DNA from: Myxococcota bacterium
Lineage (GTDB): Bacteria > Myxococcota_A > UBA9160 > JAFDDA01
NCBI GenBank assembly: GCA_965228475.1
Contig: OZ245817.1
Location: forward strand, 2,368,001 to 2,432,000
Reading direction: 5' to 3'
Length of the DNA stretch: 64,000 bases
The notes beneath the pieces are model-generated. The model saw only the letters and a list, made by a program, of their open reading frames with translations, had not been told where the DNA came from and ran no database searches. This document shows positions 50,749-59,959 of this stretch, in pieces; the stretch's first letter is position 1; the number at the start of each line of letters is the position of its first letter. A program made the position numbers and the translations under genes.

Positions 50749-51891
50749 CTATCGCGTCCGGCGAAGCGCGGCGGCGACGATGGCCGCGAGCAGCAGCAGC
50801 GACGGCTCGGGAACCGTCCGCGCGAGGCGCTCGAGCAGGGCCCGCCGCGCGCCTTCGTAGGCGGGCTTGCGGGCATAGTCCTCGTCGAACGGGAGCGGGA
50901 CGAGGCCCGGGCCGAGCGTCCCGTCGATCCAGGTGTGCGCATCGGTGAAGCCCCAGAAGGTGATGCCTTCACAGGCCGTCACCGAGAGGCACGCACTCAT
51001 GATCTCGTAGACGGTCTCGCCCTGGAGGTCGACGTCGCCGGTCGGCATGGCGACGTCGAGCTCGGTGATCTCGACGACGAGGCCGAGGTCCGCAAAGGCC
51101 TGCACGGCGGCGCGGAAGGCCTCGGGGTCCGGGTCGACGATGTTCTGGATCAGGTGGCCCTGGAAGCCGACGCCGTGGATCGGGACCCCGTCCGCCAGGA
51201 GATCCACGACGAGGTCGTAGAAGTTCTGGAAGCGCGGCGTGTTCGGATTCTCGAGCAGGACCTCGTTCAGGAAGAGCGTCGCCTCGGGGTCGACTTCGTG
51301 GGCGATGCGGAAGGCCTCGGCGATGTAGTCGCGGCCGAGCAGGTCCGAGAAGACGTTGTCGAAGAAGTCGCTCGAGAAGTTCTCGAGGGGCTCGTTCACG
51401 ACGTCCCAGGCGTCGACGTCGTCCTTGTAGCGGCCCACCACGGTGCGGATGTGGGTGTCGAGCCAGCCGCGGAGGGTCTCGGCGTCGGGCGCCGTCTCGA
51501 CCCAGTCCGGGATGCGGATCGGGTTCGCCCAGAGGAGCGTGTGGCCCCGCATACGCTGGTCGTTCGCCCGGGCAAACGCGACGAGTTCATCGGCCGGGCC
51601 GAACTGGAAGTTCCCCTGGGTGGGCTGGAGCGCGTCCCACTTCATCTGATTCTCGGCGGTGATGGAGTCGAACTCGCTGGCGAGCGTGGGGGCGTAGCGC
51701 GGGTCGCCCGCGATCAAGCCCGGCTGGGTGGCGGCGCCGATCCGCACGCCGGCCGCCCGGGCGATCTCCCGCAGGCTGCAATCCGCGTCCTCGGCGAGGC
51801 AGGGATGCAGGGGCATGCCGAGCGCAGGGCTCGCGAAAGCCAGCACGGCCGCGGTGACAGCTTGCTTGAGAATCGATCGCCAAAGGCCCAA
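50749..51891 (-). CDS. endo-1,4-beta-xylanase (GH10) with PEP-CTERM sorting signal
   Basis: ENQMKW, RGHTLLW, WDVVNEP, GFQGH, ITELDV; C-terminus VPEP + hydrophobic + RRTR; TTG start with GGAGG chosen. Confidence 0.92.
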   Translation of the reverse strand: MGLWRSILKQAVTAAVLAFASPALGMPLHPCLAEDADCSLREIARAAGVRIGAATQPGLIAGDPRYAPTLASEFDSITAENQMKWDALQPTQGNFQFGPADELVAFARANDQRMRGHTLLWANPIRIPDWVETAPDAETLRGWLDTHIRTVVGRYKDDVDAWDVVNEPLENFSSDFFDNVFSDLLGRDYIAEAFRIAHEVDPEATLFLNEVLLENPNTPRFQNFYDLVVDLLADGVPIHGVGFQGHLIQNIVDPDPEAFRAAVQAFADLGLVVEITELDVAMPTGDVDLQGETVYEIMSACLSVTACEGITFWGFTDAHTWIDGTLGPGLVPLPFDEDYARKPAYEGARRALLERLARTVPEPSLLLLAAIVAAALRRTR

Positions 51892-51954
51892 GAAACCCTC
51901 CGTCCTGCTCGAAGGGTGGGATCGCAAGCCCTTGGGGTGTCAGGATTTTCCGAG

Positions 51955-52806
51955 CTAGGGCCGCCCTGCCCGGCCGGCGCCCACCGCGAGAGCCTCGATC
52001 CGGCCGGTCGGCTCGGCGCGGCAGACCGCGGGGTCGCTCGTCGCGGCGGTGCAGACGTAGAGGGTCTTGCCGTCGCTCCCGCCGAGCATGCAGGCGAAGG
52101 CCTCGGTCTCGAGCTCGATCCGGTCGAGGACCTCGCCGCCCTCGGCCACGCGCAGGATGTGGTGCCCGATCGGCGAGGCGACCCAGATGGCGCCCTCTTC
52201 GTCGAGGCAGATCCCGTCGGGCACGGCGCCCGAGAGCGGCGCCCAGACGCGGCGGTTCGAAAGCTCCCCGGTGGCCGGGTCGCGGTCGAAGGCGGTCAGG
52301 CAGGCCGAGAACGTCTCGCCGAGGATCAACGTACGCCCGTCGGGCGTGAGCACGGTGCCGTTCGGGAAGCGCAGATCGCGCGCGGCGACGTGGACGCTGC
52401 CGTCCGGATCCACCCGGCAAAGGACGGCCGGCACGAGTTCCCCATGCTCGCCGTGGATCTCCGAGCCGAAGTTCCCGACGTAGGCCCGCCCCTGCTCGTC
52501 GACCAGCATGTCGTTGCAATGCCAGGTGGCGTGGGCCGAGAGGTCCGCGACGAGGGCGAGCCCCTCCGGATCGAGGCGCAGGAGCCGGCGATCCTTCATG
52601 GAGACGACGAGCATCCGCCCGTCCGGCAGCCAGCCGAGGCCCGAGGGCTGGTTCGGCACCTCGACGATGCGCTCGGTCTTGCCGCCCTCGTCCATGGCCA
52701 GGACGACGTCGGCGTGCATGTCCGAGAACCAGAGCCGGCCCTCCCGCCAGCGCGGGCCCTCGGGAAAGGCCAGCCCCTCGAGGACGACGTCGGTCTTCCT
52801 TGCCAT
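51955..52806 (-). CDS. SMP-30/gluconolactonase family protein
   Basis: FPEGPRW, PSGLGW, NDM, FPNG, PDGICLD. Confidence 0.92.
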   Translation of the reverse strand: MARKTDVVLEGLAFPEGPRWREGRLWFSDMHADVVLAMDEGGKTERIVEVPNQPSGLGWLPDGRMLVVSMKDRRLLRLDPEGLALVADLSAHATWHCNDMLVDEQGRAYVGNFGSEIHGEHGELVPAVLCRVDPDGSVHVAARDLRFPNGTVLTPDGRTLILGETFSACLTAFDRDPATGELSNRRVWAPLSGAVPDGICLDEEGAIWVASPIGHHILRVAEGGEVLDRIELETEAFACMLGGSDGKTLYVCTAATSDPAVCRAEPTGRIEALAVGAGRAGRP

Positions 52807-52810
52807 GCGG

Positions 52811-54808
52811 CTAGGCCTCCGCGGCGGGCGGCGCCGCCCCCGCGCGCTCTTCTTCGATCGAGCCGAGGAAGTCCTCGAGCTTGCTCTCGCCGAGCTCGCC
52901 GCGGTCGCGCGAGCGCACGTTCACCGTGGCGGCCTCGGCCTCCTTGGCCCCGACGACGATCACGTAGGGGATCTTCTGGAGGCTGGCCTCCCGGATCTTG
53001 TAGCCGACCCGGTCGTCCTTGAGATTCACCTCGGCGCGAACGCCCGCATCGAGCAGCGCCTCGTAGACACCCCGCGCGTAGTCGTTCGTCTTCTCGCTCA
53101 CCGGGATGACGACCGCCTGCACCGGCGCGAGCCAGAGCGGGAAGCGCCCCGCGAAGTGCTCGATCAGGATGCCGAGGAAGCGCTCGACGCTGCCGTAGCA
53201 CGCGCGGTGGATCATCACCGGCACGTGCTTCTGGCCGTCGGCGCCGACGTAGGTGCAGCCGAAGCGTTCGGGCATCGAGAAGTCGAGCTGGATCGTCCCG
53301 CACTGCCAGGACCGCTTCAGGCTATCGCGGATGTGGAAGTCGATCTTCGGGCCGTAGAAGGCGCCGTCGCCCTCGTTCAGCTCGTACTCGATCCCCGCCC
53401 CCTCGAGCGCGCCGCGCAGGGCCTCTTCGGCCTGGCTCCAGATCTCGTCGCTGCCGATGCTCTTCTCCGGCCGCGTCGAGAGCTCGATGCGGACGTCGTC
53501 GAGCTCGAACCGCCCGTAGACCTCGTGGAAGAAGCCGATCAGCATCTCGATCTCGTCGCCGATCTGCTCCGGGGTGCAGAAGTGGTGCGCGTCGTCCTGG
53601 GTGAAGGACTGCACCCGGAAGAGGCCATGTCGCACGCCCGAGAGCTCGCGGCGATGCACGAGCCCCATCTCCGAGTAGCGCAGCGGGAACTCGTTGTGGC
53701 TGTGGTTGCGGTCCCGATAGACGAGCACGTGCCCCGGGCAGTTCATGGGCTTCACGGCCATCGGCCGCTGCTCCTCGACGTTGTCGTGGATGGCTTCGGC
53801 ATCCGCCTCGTCGCGCAGCTTCAGCTTCGTGAAGAACATGTTCTCGAGGTAGTTGTCGTAGTGCCCCGAGACGTGCCAGAGCTTCTCCGAGAGCACGAGC
53901 GGCGTCTTGAGCTCGTGGTATCCCCGGCGTCGCAGCAGGTCCCGCATGAAGTCCGTCAGCGTGTTGAAGAGCACCGCCCCCTTGGCGTGAAAGAACGGGA
54001 AGCCCGGGGCCTCGTCCTCGAAGTGGAAGAGATCGAGCTGCTCGCCGAGCACGCGGTGGTCGCGCTTGCGGGCCTCCTCGAGCATCCGGAGATGCTCCTT
54101 CAGGTCTTCCTTCGTGAAGAACGCCGTGCCGTAGACGCGCACGAGCTGCTCGCGCTCGGCATCGGCTCGCCAGTAGGAGCCCGAGACCGACGTCAACCGG
54201 ACGTTCTTCAGGAACCCCGTGTCGGGGACGTGCGGGCCGCGGCAGAGATCGACGAAGTCGCCGTGGCGGTAGAGCGTGATCTCGTCCCCCCGGGCCTCGA
54301 TGTCGCCCACGATCTCCTGCTTGAAAGGGTTGCTCCCGCCGTCGATGGCCCGGTAGCGGGCGAAGGCCTCGTCGGCCTCCTTGTCCGCCACGGCACAGCG
54401 CTCGAAGGCGTGGGCCTCCTTGGCGATGGCCTTCATCTCCTTCTCGATGCGCGGGAAGTCCTCGGGCGTGATCGAGCCCTCGGGCAGGTAGATGTCGTAG
54501 TAGAAGCCGTCCTCCACGACCGGGCCGATCGTGAGCTGCGCGGCCGGGAAGAGCCGGAGGATCGCGTCGGCCATGAGGTGCGCGGCCGAGTGGCGCAGGA
54601 CGTCGAGGGCCTCCGGGTCCTTCTTCGTGAGGATCGCGACCTCGGCGCCATCGGGCAGCGGGCGGGCGAGATCGCGGACGTCGCCGTTCACGCGTGCGGC
54701 CACGGCGGCGCGAGCGAGTCCGGGTCCGATCTGTTGGGCGAGGTCGAGTGCGCTCTGCCCGGGTTCGAGCGAGCGCGCACTGCCGTCGGGCAGGTGCACC
54801 TGGATCAC
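52811..54808 (-). CDS. thrS: threonine--tRNA ligase
   Basis: TGS domain, HSAAH, DLCRGPH, RDHR, KPMNCPGH, FTQDDAH, FYGPKID, QCGTIQLDF. Confidence 0.98.
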   Translation of the reverse strand: MIQVHLPDGSARSLEPGQSALDLAQQIGPGLARAAVAARVNGDVRDLARPLPDGAEVAILTKKDPEALDVLRHSAAHLMADAILRLFPAAQLTIGPVVEDGFYYDIYLPEGSITPEDFPRIEKEMKAIAKEAHAFERCAVADKEADEAFARYRAIDGGSNPFKQEIVGDIEARGDEITLYRHGDFVDLCRGPHVPDTGFLKNVRLTSVSGSYWRADAEREQLVRVYGTAFFTKEDLKEHLRMLEEARKRDHRVLGEQLDLFHFEDEAPGFPFFHAKGAVLFNTLTDFMRDLLRRRGYHELKTPLVLSEKLWHVSGHYDNYLENMFFTKLKLRDEADAEAIHDNVEEQRPMAVKPMNCPGHVLVYRDRNHSHNEFPLRYSEMGLVHRRELSGVRHGLFRVQSFTQDDAHHFCTPEQIGDEIEMLIGFFHEVYGRFELDDVRIELSTRPEKSIGSDEIWSQAEEALRGALEGAGIEYELNEGDGAFYGPKIDFHIRDSLKRSWQCGTIQLDFSMPERFGCTYVGADGQKHVPVMIHRACYGSVERFLGILIEHFAGRFPLWLAPVQAVVIPVSEKTNDYARGVYEALLDAGVRAEVNLKDDRVGYKIREASLQKIPYVIVVGAKEAEAATVNVRSRDRGELGESKLEDFLGSIEEERAGAAPPAAEA

Positions 54809-54910
54809 GTCGTTCTCCTTCGCGAGACGGCTACGGTCCGCCTTGCATCACGACCGACGGATACGGCCCGCCGGCGAGACCGGGAGTATCGCGAAGCTTC
54901 GCGCCCGCGG

Positions 54911-55930
54911 CTAGCGCAGCGCCGCCAGGACCTCGGCGACGAGGGGCTCGTCCGCGGGGTCGTCGGGCAGCGGGAAGGTCAGGCGGTCGCACAGGCCGCC
55001 GAAACCCGTGCGCAGGAGATCGGGCATCTCCGCGTAGGTCCCGGCGGGAACGAAGGCCTCGAGCATGGCGTCGTCGACGAGGGCCGTCATCTCCTTCCAG
55101 CGCCCCGCACGGGAGTGCTCGCGCAGCTCCTCGCCGAGGCCCTCGAAGCCGTGGAGCGCGAGGCTCGGCCAGTAGGCCGGCGTCGAGTAGAGGAAGCCGA
55201 GCAGGCCGCGCGCCCATTCCCGCTGGGCGGCGACGGCCTCTTCGTCCCGGCCCGTTGCGATGAGCGGGCTCGCGAGCAGCGACACCGCCCCGGGTCCGCG
55301 GCCGGTGCGCGCCCCGCCCTTCTCGAGACGCGGCACGACGACCTCGCGCAGGTACCGGGGCGAGGTGTTCGTCGGGTGGGTGAAGAGGCCGTCGGCCGCT
55401 TCGCCGGCGAGCGCGGTCATCGCCGGGCCGATGCCCCCGAGCCAGATCGGCGGCGGGCCGGACTCGAGCCGGCCGGGATCGAAGAAGGGTTGCATGCGCG
55501 TGAAGCGGTAGTGCTCGCCCTCGAAGGCGAGCCGCTCGCCGTCCTGCCAGCAGGCGAAGATCGCGCGCAGCGAGCCCACGTACTCACGCATGCGCGGGAC
55601 GGGCGCCGTCCACGGCGTCGAGTAGCGGCCCTCGACGTTGCCGCGCACCTGGGAGCCGAGCCCGAGCGCAAAGCGGCCGCCGGAGAGCTCCTGGAGATCC
55701 CACGCAGCCTGGGCGACGGCCATGGGGCTACGCGGGAAGGCCACGAGCACCGCGGTCGTCACCGCGATGCGCTCGGTCGCGGCAACCGCCTGCCCCGCCG
55801 CGAGAAGCCCGTCGTGGGTCGCTTCGGGGACGCAGAGCCCGTCGTAGCCGAGCCCCTCGACGCGCCGGGCGTGGGCGGCCACTTCGGAGAGCGGCAGTCG
55901 TTGATCCGTCGTGGCGTAGACCTGGAACAT
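54911..55930 (-). CDS. LLM-class F420-dependent oxidoreductase (TIGR03617-like)
   Basis: EATHD, VAFPRSPM, AWDLQ..SGGRF.LGLGSQV, YSTPAY. Confidence 0.88.
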   Translation of the reverse strand: MFQVYATTDQRLPLSEVAAHARRVEGLGYDGLCVPEATHDGLLAAGQAVAATERIAVTTAVLVAFPRSPMAVAQAAWDLQELSGGRFALGLGSQVRGNVEGRYSTPWTAPVPRMREYVGSLRAIFACWQDGERLAFEGEHYRFTRMQPFFDPGRLESGPPPIWLGGIGPAMTALAGEAADGLFTHPTNTSPRYLREVVVPRLEKGGARTGRGPGAVSLLASPLIATGRDEEAVAAQREWARGLLGFLYSTPAYWPSLALHGFEGLGEELREHSRAGRWKEMTALVDDAMLEAFVPAGTYAEMPDLLRTGFGGLCDRLTFPLPDDPADEPLVAEVLAALR

Positions 55931-56023
55931 GCCGCGAGGGTAACGCGGCCCGCCCGGTTCCGAGTGCGAGGAGACAGGCCAGATCCCGCGCCGGCCCCCG
56001 CCCCTGTCCGGTAAGCTCGGGCG

Positions 56024-56857
56024 ATGGTTTCCGCTGCGCCCCGGACCCTGCCCCTCCACCCGCGCAACCGCGCGTTTTCCTGGCGTGCACCGGCGCCGCC
56101 CTTCCGCCGCATCACCGCAGAGCAGGCGCAGGCCTGGGAGCGCGATGGCGGCTTCCTGCTTCGCGATGCCTTCGACGCCGGGGAGATCCGCACCGTCGTC
56201 GAGGCCCTCGACCCGCTCGAGGCCGAGGCGAGCGCCTTCCTGCGGACCCGCCCCGACGGCAAGCTCTTCATCGCCGAGGAAGGCAACCTCACCTTCGCCG
56301 TCCACGCGTGCCTGCGCGACGAACGGCTGCGCGCGTTCTGCGCGCATCCGGTCTTCGCGGACCTCGCCCACGACCTCGTCGGCCCGGACGTCCGCCTCTA
56401 CTGGGACCAGGCGGTCTACAAGAAGCCCGAGCGCCCGCGGACGTTCCCGTGGCATCAGGACAACGGCTACACCTACGTCGAGCCCCAGCAGTACCTGACG
56501 TGCTGGGTGGCGCTGACGGATGCGACCGTCGAGAACGGCTGCCCCTGGCTCGCGCCGGGCCTCCACCGGCGCGGCACCCTCGACCACGCGGGCACCGAGG
56601 CCGGCTGGCAGTGTCTCGCCGAGGACCCGCCCGACGCCTACCCCCTCGAGGTGCCCGCCGGAAGCATCGCAGTCTTCTCCTCCCTCACGCCCCACAAGAC
56701 CGGTCCGAACCGCAGCGGTTCCGTGCGCAAGGCCTACATCGTCCAGTTCGCGCCGGACGGCGCGGTGGCGATGCTGCCCGGGTCGGACGACCCGCATTCG
56801 CAGGACGACCCGGGCCGCCAGTTCCCGATCCTCGTCGGCGGAAGGGCGGTGGCGTGA
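56024..56857 (+). CDS. phytanoyl-CoA dioxygenase family protein
   Basis: WHQDNGY, WVALTDAT.ENGC, H.TGPN.S...R. Confidence 0.9.
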   Translation: MVSAAPRTLPLHPRNRAFSWRAPAPPFRRITAEQAQAWERDGGFLLRDAFDAGEIRTVVEALDPLEAEASAFLRTRPDGKLFIAEEGNLTFAVHACLRDERLRAFCAHPVFADLAHDLVGPDVRLYWDQAVYKKPERPRTFPWHQDNGYTYVEPQQYLTCWVALTDATVENGCPWLAPGLHRRGTLDHAGTEAGWQCLAEDPPDAYPLEVPAGSIAVFSSLTPHKTGPNRSGSVRKAYIVQFAPDGAVAMLPGSDDPHSQDDPGRQFPILVGGRAVA

Positions 56858-57825
56858 CGATGCTGCGCGGCACCGTCGGCCTGGCGCTCGGCAGCGGGGG
56901 CGCGCGCGGCTTCGCGCACATCGGCGTCCTGCGCGGGTTGCTCGCGGCGGGGATCGAACCCGACGTCATCTCGGGCGCATCCGCCGGCGCTGCGGTCGGC
57001 GCGGTCTATGCCGCGGGGGCCCTCGACGACTTCGAGAAGTGGTCGCGCGAACTCGACCGCCGCGGCGTCATGAGCCTCCTCGACGTGTCGCTCCGCGGCG
57101 GCGCTCTCCGGGGCCGGCGCTGGATGGAGGAGATCGGCCGTTTCCTCCCCGAAGGCCCGATGGAGGAGTCGCTCGGAAAGCGCTTCGGCGTCGTCGCGAC
57201 GGACCTCGAGACCGGGCGCGAGGTCTGGCTGCGCGAGGGGCCCCTGCTCCCGGCGCTGCACGCCTCGGCGGCCGTGCCCGGCGTGGTGAGCCCGGTCCGC
57301 ATCGGCGAACGCTGGCTGATCGACGGCGGGGTCGTGGACCCGGTCCCGGTGGCGCTCTGCCGGGCGCTCGGTGCGGACACGGTGATCGCCGTCGATCTGA
57401 ACGCGGCGCTGCTCGCCCGGCGCTTTCGGGGCGAAGCCGCCCGGCCCGCGCCTCCCGAAGTGCCGGCCGAGACGACGCCGGGTTCCGACGCCTCTGCGGA
57501 GACGACCGAGGCCAGCGAGGCCTCGCGCACCCTGCAGAACGCCTGGGCGGAGCTCCGGCTCCGCCTCGTCGGGCCGAGCGAGCCCCGGCCCGCCCCCGGG
57601 CCGCCCGCCCCGGGGCTCTACGACGTCCTGAACAACACGCTCGAGATCATGCAGGTCCGCATCACGCGCAGCCGCATGGCCGGCGACCCGCCCGAGCTGC
57701 TGATCACCCCGCGGCTGCCCGACTTCACCTTTCTCGATTTCGACCGCGCGGCCGAAGCCATCGAGGAGGGGCGGCTCGCGACCCAGCGGACCCTGGCCGC
57801 CCTGGCCCGAGGAGAAGAGGCATGA
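56854..57825 (+). CDS. patatin-like phospholipase (RssA-like)
   Basis: GSGGARG, GASAG, DGG motifs; RSRMAGDPP. Confidence 0.92.
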   Translation: MTMLRGTVGLALGSGGARGFAHIGVLRGLLAAGIEPDVISGASAGAAVGAVYAAGALDDFEKWSRELDRRGVMSLLDVSLRGGALRGRRWMEEIGRFLPEGPMEESLGKRFGVVATDLETGREVWLREGPLLPALHASAAVPGVVSPVRIGERWLIDGGVVDPVPVALCRALGADTVIAVDLNAALLARRFRGEAARPAPPEVPAETTPGSDASAETTEASEASRTLQNAWAELRLRLVGPSEPRPAPGPPAPGLYDVLNNTLEIMQVRITRSRMAGDPPELLITPRLPDFTFLDFDRAAEAIEEGRLATQRTLAALARGEEA

Positions 57826-58640
57826 ATGCCCTGGCCGATTTCGTCGACACCGAACGCTATCCGGTGGCGGACCTCGGCGCGCCGGCCCTGCGCCGCGTGG
57901 TCGACGAAGCCCGGAAGAGCCTCGCCGGCCGAGGCGTCGCCATCCTGCCGGGCTTCGTGCGGGCTGCGGCCCTGCCAGACGCCGTCGCGCAGACCGAGGC
58001 TCTTCGCCCGAAGGCATTCCACGAGGACATCGAGGTCGGGACGCCGTACCTGGAGCTCCCCGACGAGTCCTTCCCCGAGGGCCATCCGCGCCGGACGTCG
58101 GTCCGCAGCGCCACCTGGGTTCTCGCCTACGACCTGGTTCCGGAGACGCACCCGGTGCGCCGGCTCTACGAATGGGACGCCTTCCCCTCGTTCCTCGCCG
58201 AGATCCTCGAGCTGCCCGAGGTGCACCGCATGGACGATCCGCTCGGCGCCCTGAACCTGGCGGTCATGACCGAAGGCCACGTCCAGGGCTGGCACTACGA
58301 CTCGACGGACTTCGTCGTGTCCCTGGCGCTCCAGAGCAGCGAGCGCGGCGGGCTCTTCGAGTGCGTCCCCTTCCTGCGCAGCGATACCGAAGAGCACTAC
58401 GACCGCGTGGCCCGCGTCCTGGCCCTCGAAGAGCGCGAGAGCGTCGAGGTGCTGCCGATGGTCCCCGGCACGCTCATGATCTTCGCCGGACGCCACTCGC
58501 TCCACCGCGTGACGCCCGTCGAAGGGCCGACGCCGCGCTTCGTCGCGCTGTTCGGCTTCGACCGCAAGCCCGGAACGAACAGCTCGGACCTGCTGAAGAT
58601 GGTGCGCTACGGGCGCACGGAACCGGTCGGCACCGCGTGA
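57822..58640 (+). CDS. 2OG-Fe(II) oxygenase (HalD/BesD-related fold, HxD type)
   Basis: GWHYD, GGLFE, PGTLMIF.GR.SLHRVT, R. Confidence 0.82.
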   Translation: MNALADFVDTERYPVADLGAPALRRVVDEARKSLAGRGVAILPGFVRAAALPDAVAQTEALRPKAFHEDIEVGTPYLELPDESFPEGHPRRTSVRSATWVLAYDLVPETHPVRRLYEWDAFPSFLAEILELPEVHRMDDPLGALNLAVMTEGHVQGWHYDSTDFVVSLALQSSERGGLFECVPFLRSDTEEHYDRVARVLALEERESVEVLPMVPGTLMIFAGRHSLHRVTPVEGPTPRFVALFGFDRKPGTNSSDLLKMVRYGRTEPVGTA

Positions 58641-59959
58641 AACACCTGCTCCTCGCCCTCGCCACCGGATTCCTCCTGAACGCCTGCGCCGCCGAGCCGC
58701 CCGAGGCGCCGCGGGCGCGCGGCGTGGTCTGGCTCGTGATCGATGCGACCGCCGCGGACCACACGAGCCTCTACGGGAACCCCCGCGCGACGACCCCGCG
58801 CATCGCCGCCTTCGCCGAGGACGCGACGGTCTTCGAGCGCGCGTACTGCCAGATCCCCTGGACGCTCGGCTCGGCGGCCTCCTACATGACGGGGCGGTAT
58901 CCGGAGAAGCGCGAGGCGAGCGTCGCGCCGGGACAGCTCCTCGCGGGGTTCCTGAAGCAAGCGGGCGTCCGCACGGCCGCCTTCTCGGAGAACCCCTACG
59001 TCACCGCCGAGTTCGGGTTCGACGAGGGCTTCGACCACTTCGCCGCCTATTTCCCCTACGACGAGATCGCGCGCTCGCCGCGCGACTACGGCCGCGTCGA
59101 CAGCGCGCGGACCGTCGACGAAGCCATCGCCTGGATCACCGAGGCCGCGAGCGACCCCTTCTTCGCCTACGTGCACCTGCTCCCGCCCCATGCGCCCTAC
59201 GACGCGCCGGCCCCCTTCGGCGGGACGTTCGCGGCGCCCGAGGGCATCGACGGGTCCGTCCCGACGCTGATGGAGATCCGGCACGGCAAGCGGAAGGCCT
59301 CCGCGGAGGACGTCGAGCGGCTGCGCGACCTCTACCACGAGAACCTGGCCTTCGCCGACCACCAGGCCGGCCGCCTCTTCGATGCGATCGAGGCGCTCGG
59401 GCTCGGCGAAGACACCCTCGTCATCGTGGCGTCGGACCACGGCGAAGCGTTCCTCGAGCACGGCTGGCTGATGCACGGCGAGACGATCTACGAGGAGGTC
59501 CTGCGCGTGCCTCTCGTCGTCCGCTTCCCGAAGGCCCACCGCGGCGAGCGCTGGCGCGGCGTCGTCGAACTCCGGCAGCTCTTCCCGACCGTGTGCGAGG
59601 CCATGGGTGCCGACTGTCCCGGCGGGCCCGAGAGCCTCGCCACGACCCTCGCGCGCCGCAGCGCGGACGAAGGCGTGGCCTATGCCGTGAGCGCCCAGGG
59701 CGGGAAGCTCGTGCGGACGGCCATCGGCCCGCGCTGGAAGCTCGCCCTCGAGGAGCGCTCCGGACGCCCCGTGGCGCTCTACCAGCTCGACGTCGACCCC
59801 GAAGAGAAACGGAACCTCGCGGCGCTCGACCCGGGCAGCCCCGTGCGCGAGCTCCGAGCGGGCCTCACCCGGCATCCCCTCGAACGCGTCCGCCTGCGCG
59901 AGCGCGGCATCTCCGCCGAGCGTCGGCGCCAGCTCGAGCAGCTCGGCTACATCGAGTGA
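58637..59959 (+). CDS. sulfatase-like (alkaline phosphatase superfamily) lipoprotein, Thr at nucleophile position
   Basis: LNAC lipobox; VIDA, PWTLGS.AS.MTG, PHAPY, SDHGE..HG; ends LEQLGYIE. Confidence 0.85.
   Translation: MKHLLLALATGFLLNACAAEPPEAPRARGVVWLVIDATAADHTSLYGNPRATTPRIAAFAEDATVFERAYCQIPWTLGSAASYMTGRYPEKREASVAPGQLLAGFLKQAGVRTAAFSENPYVTAEFGFDEGFDHFAAYFPYDEIARSPRDYGRVDSARTVDEAIAWITEAASDPFFAYVHLLPPHAPYDAPAPFGGTFAAPEGIDGSVPTLMEIRHGKRKASAEDVERLRDLYHENLAFADHQAGRLFDAIEALGLGEDTLVIVASDHGEAFLEHGWLMHGETIYEEVLRVPLVVRFPKAHRGERWRGVVELRQLFPTVCEAMGADCPGGPESLATTLARRSADEGVAYAVSAQGGKLVRTAIGPRWKLALEERSGRPVALYQLDVDPEEKRNLAALDPGSPVRELRAGLTRHPLERVRLRERGISAERRRQLEQLGYIE

Noticed and set aside
57822..58640. 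BesD/HalD-like radical halogenase
   Set aside because: The facial triad is HYD...H; halogenases have Gly/Ala in place of Asp, so a hydroxylase is more likely.
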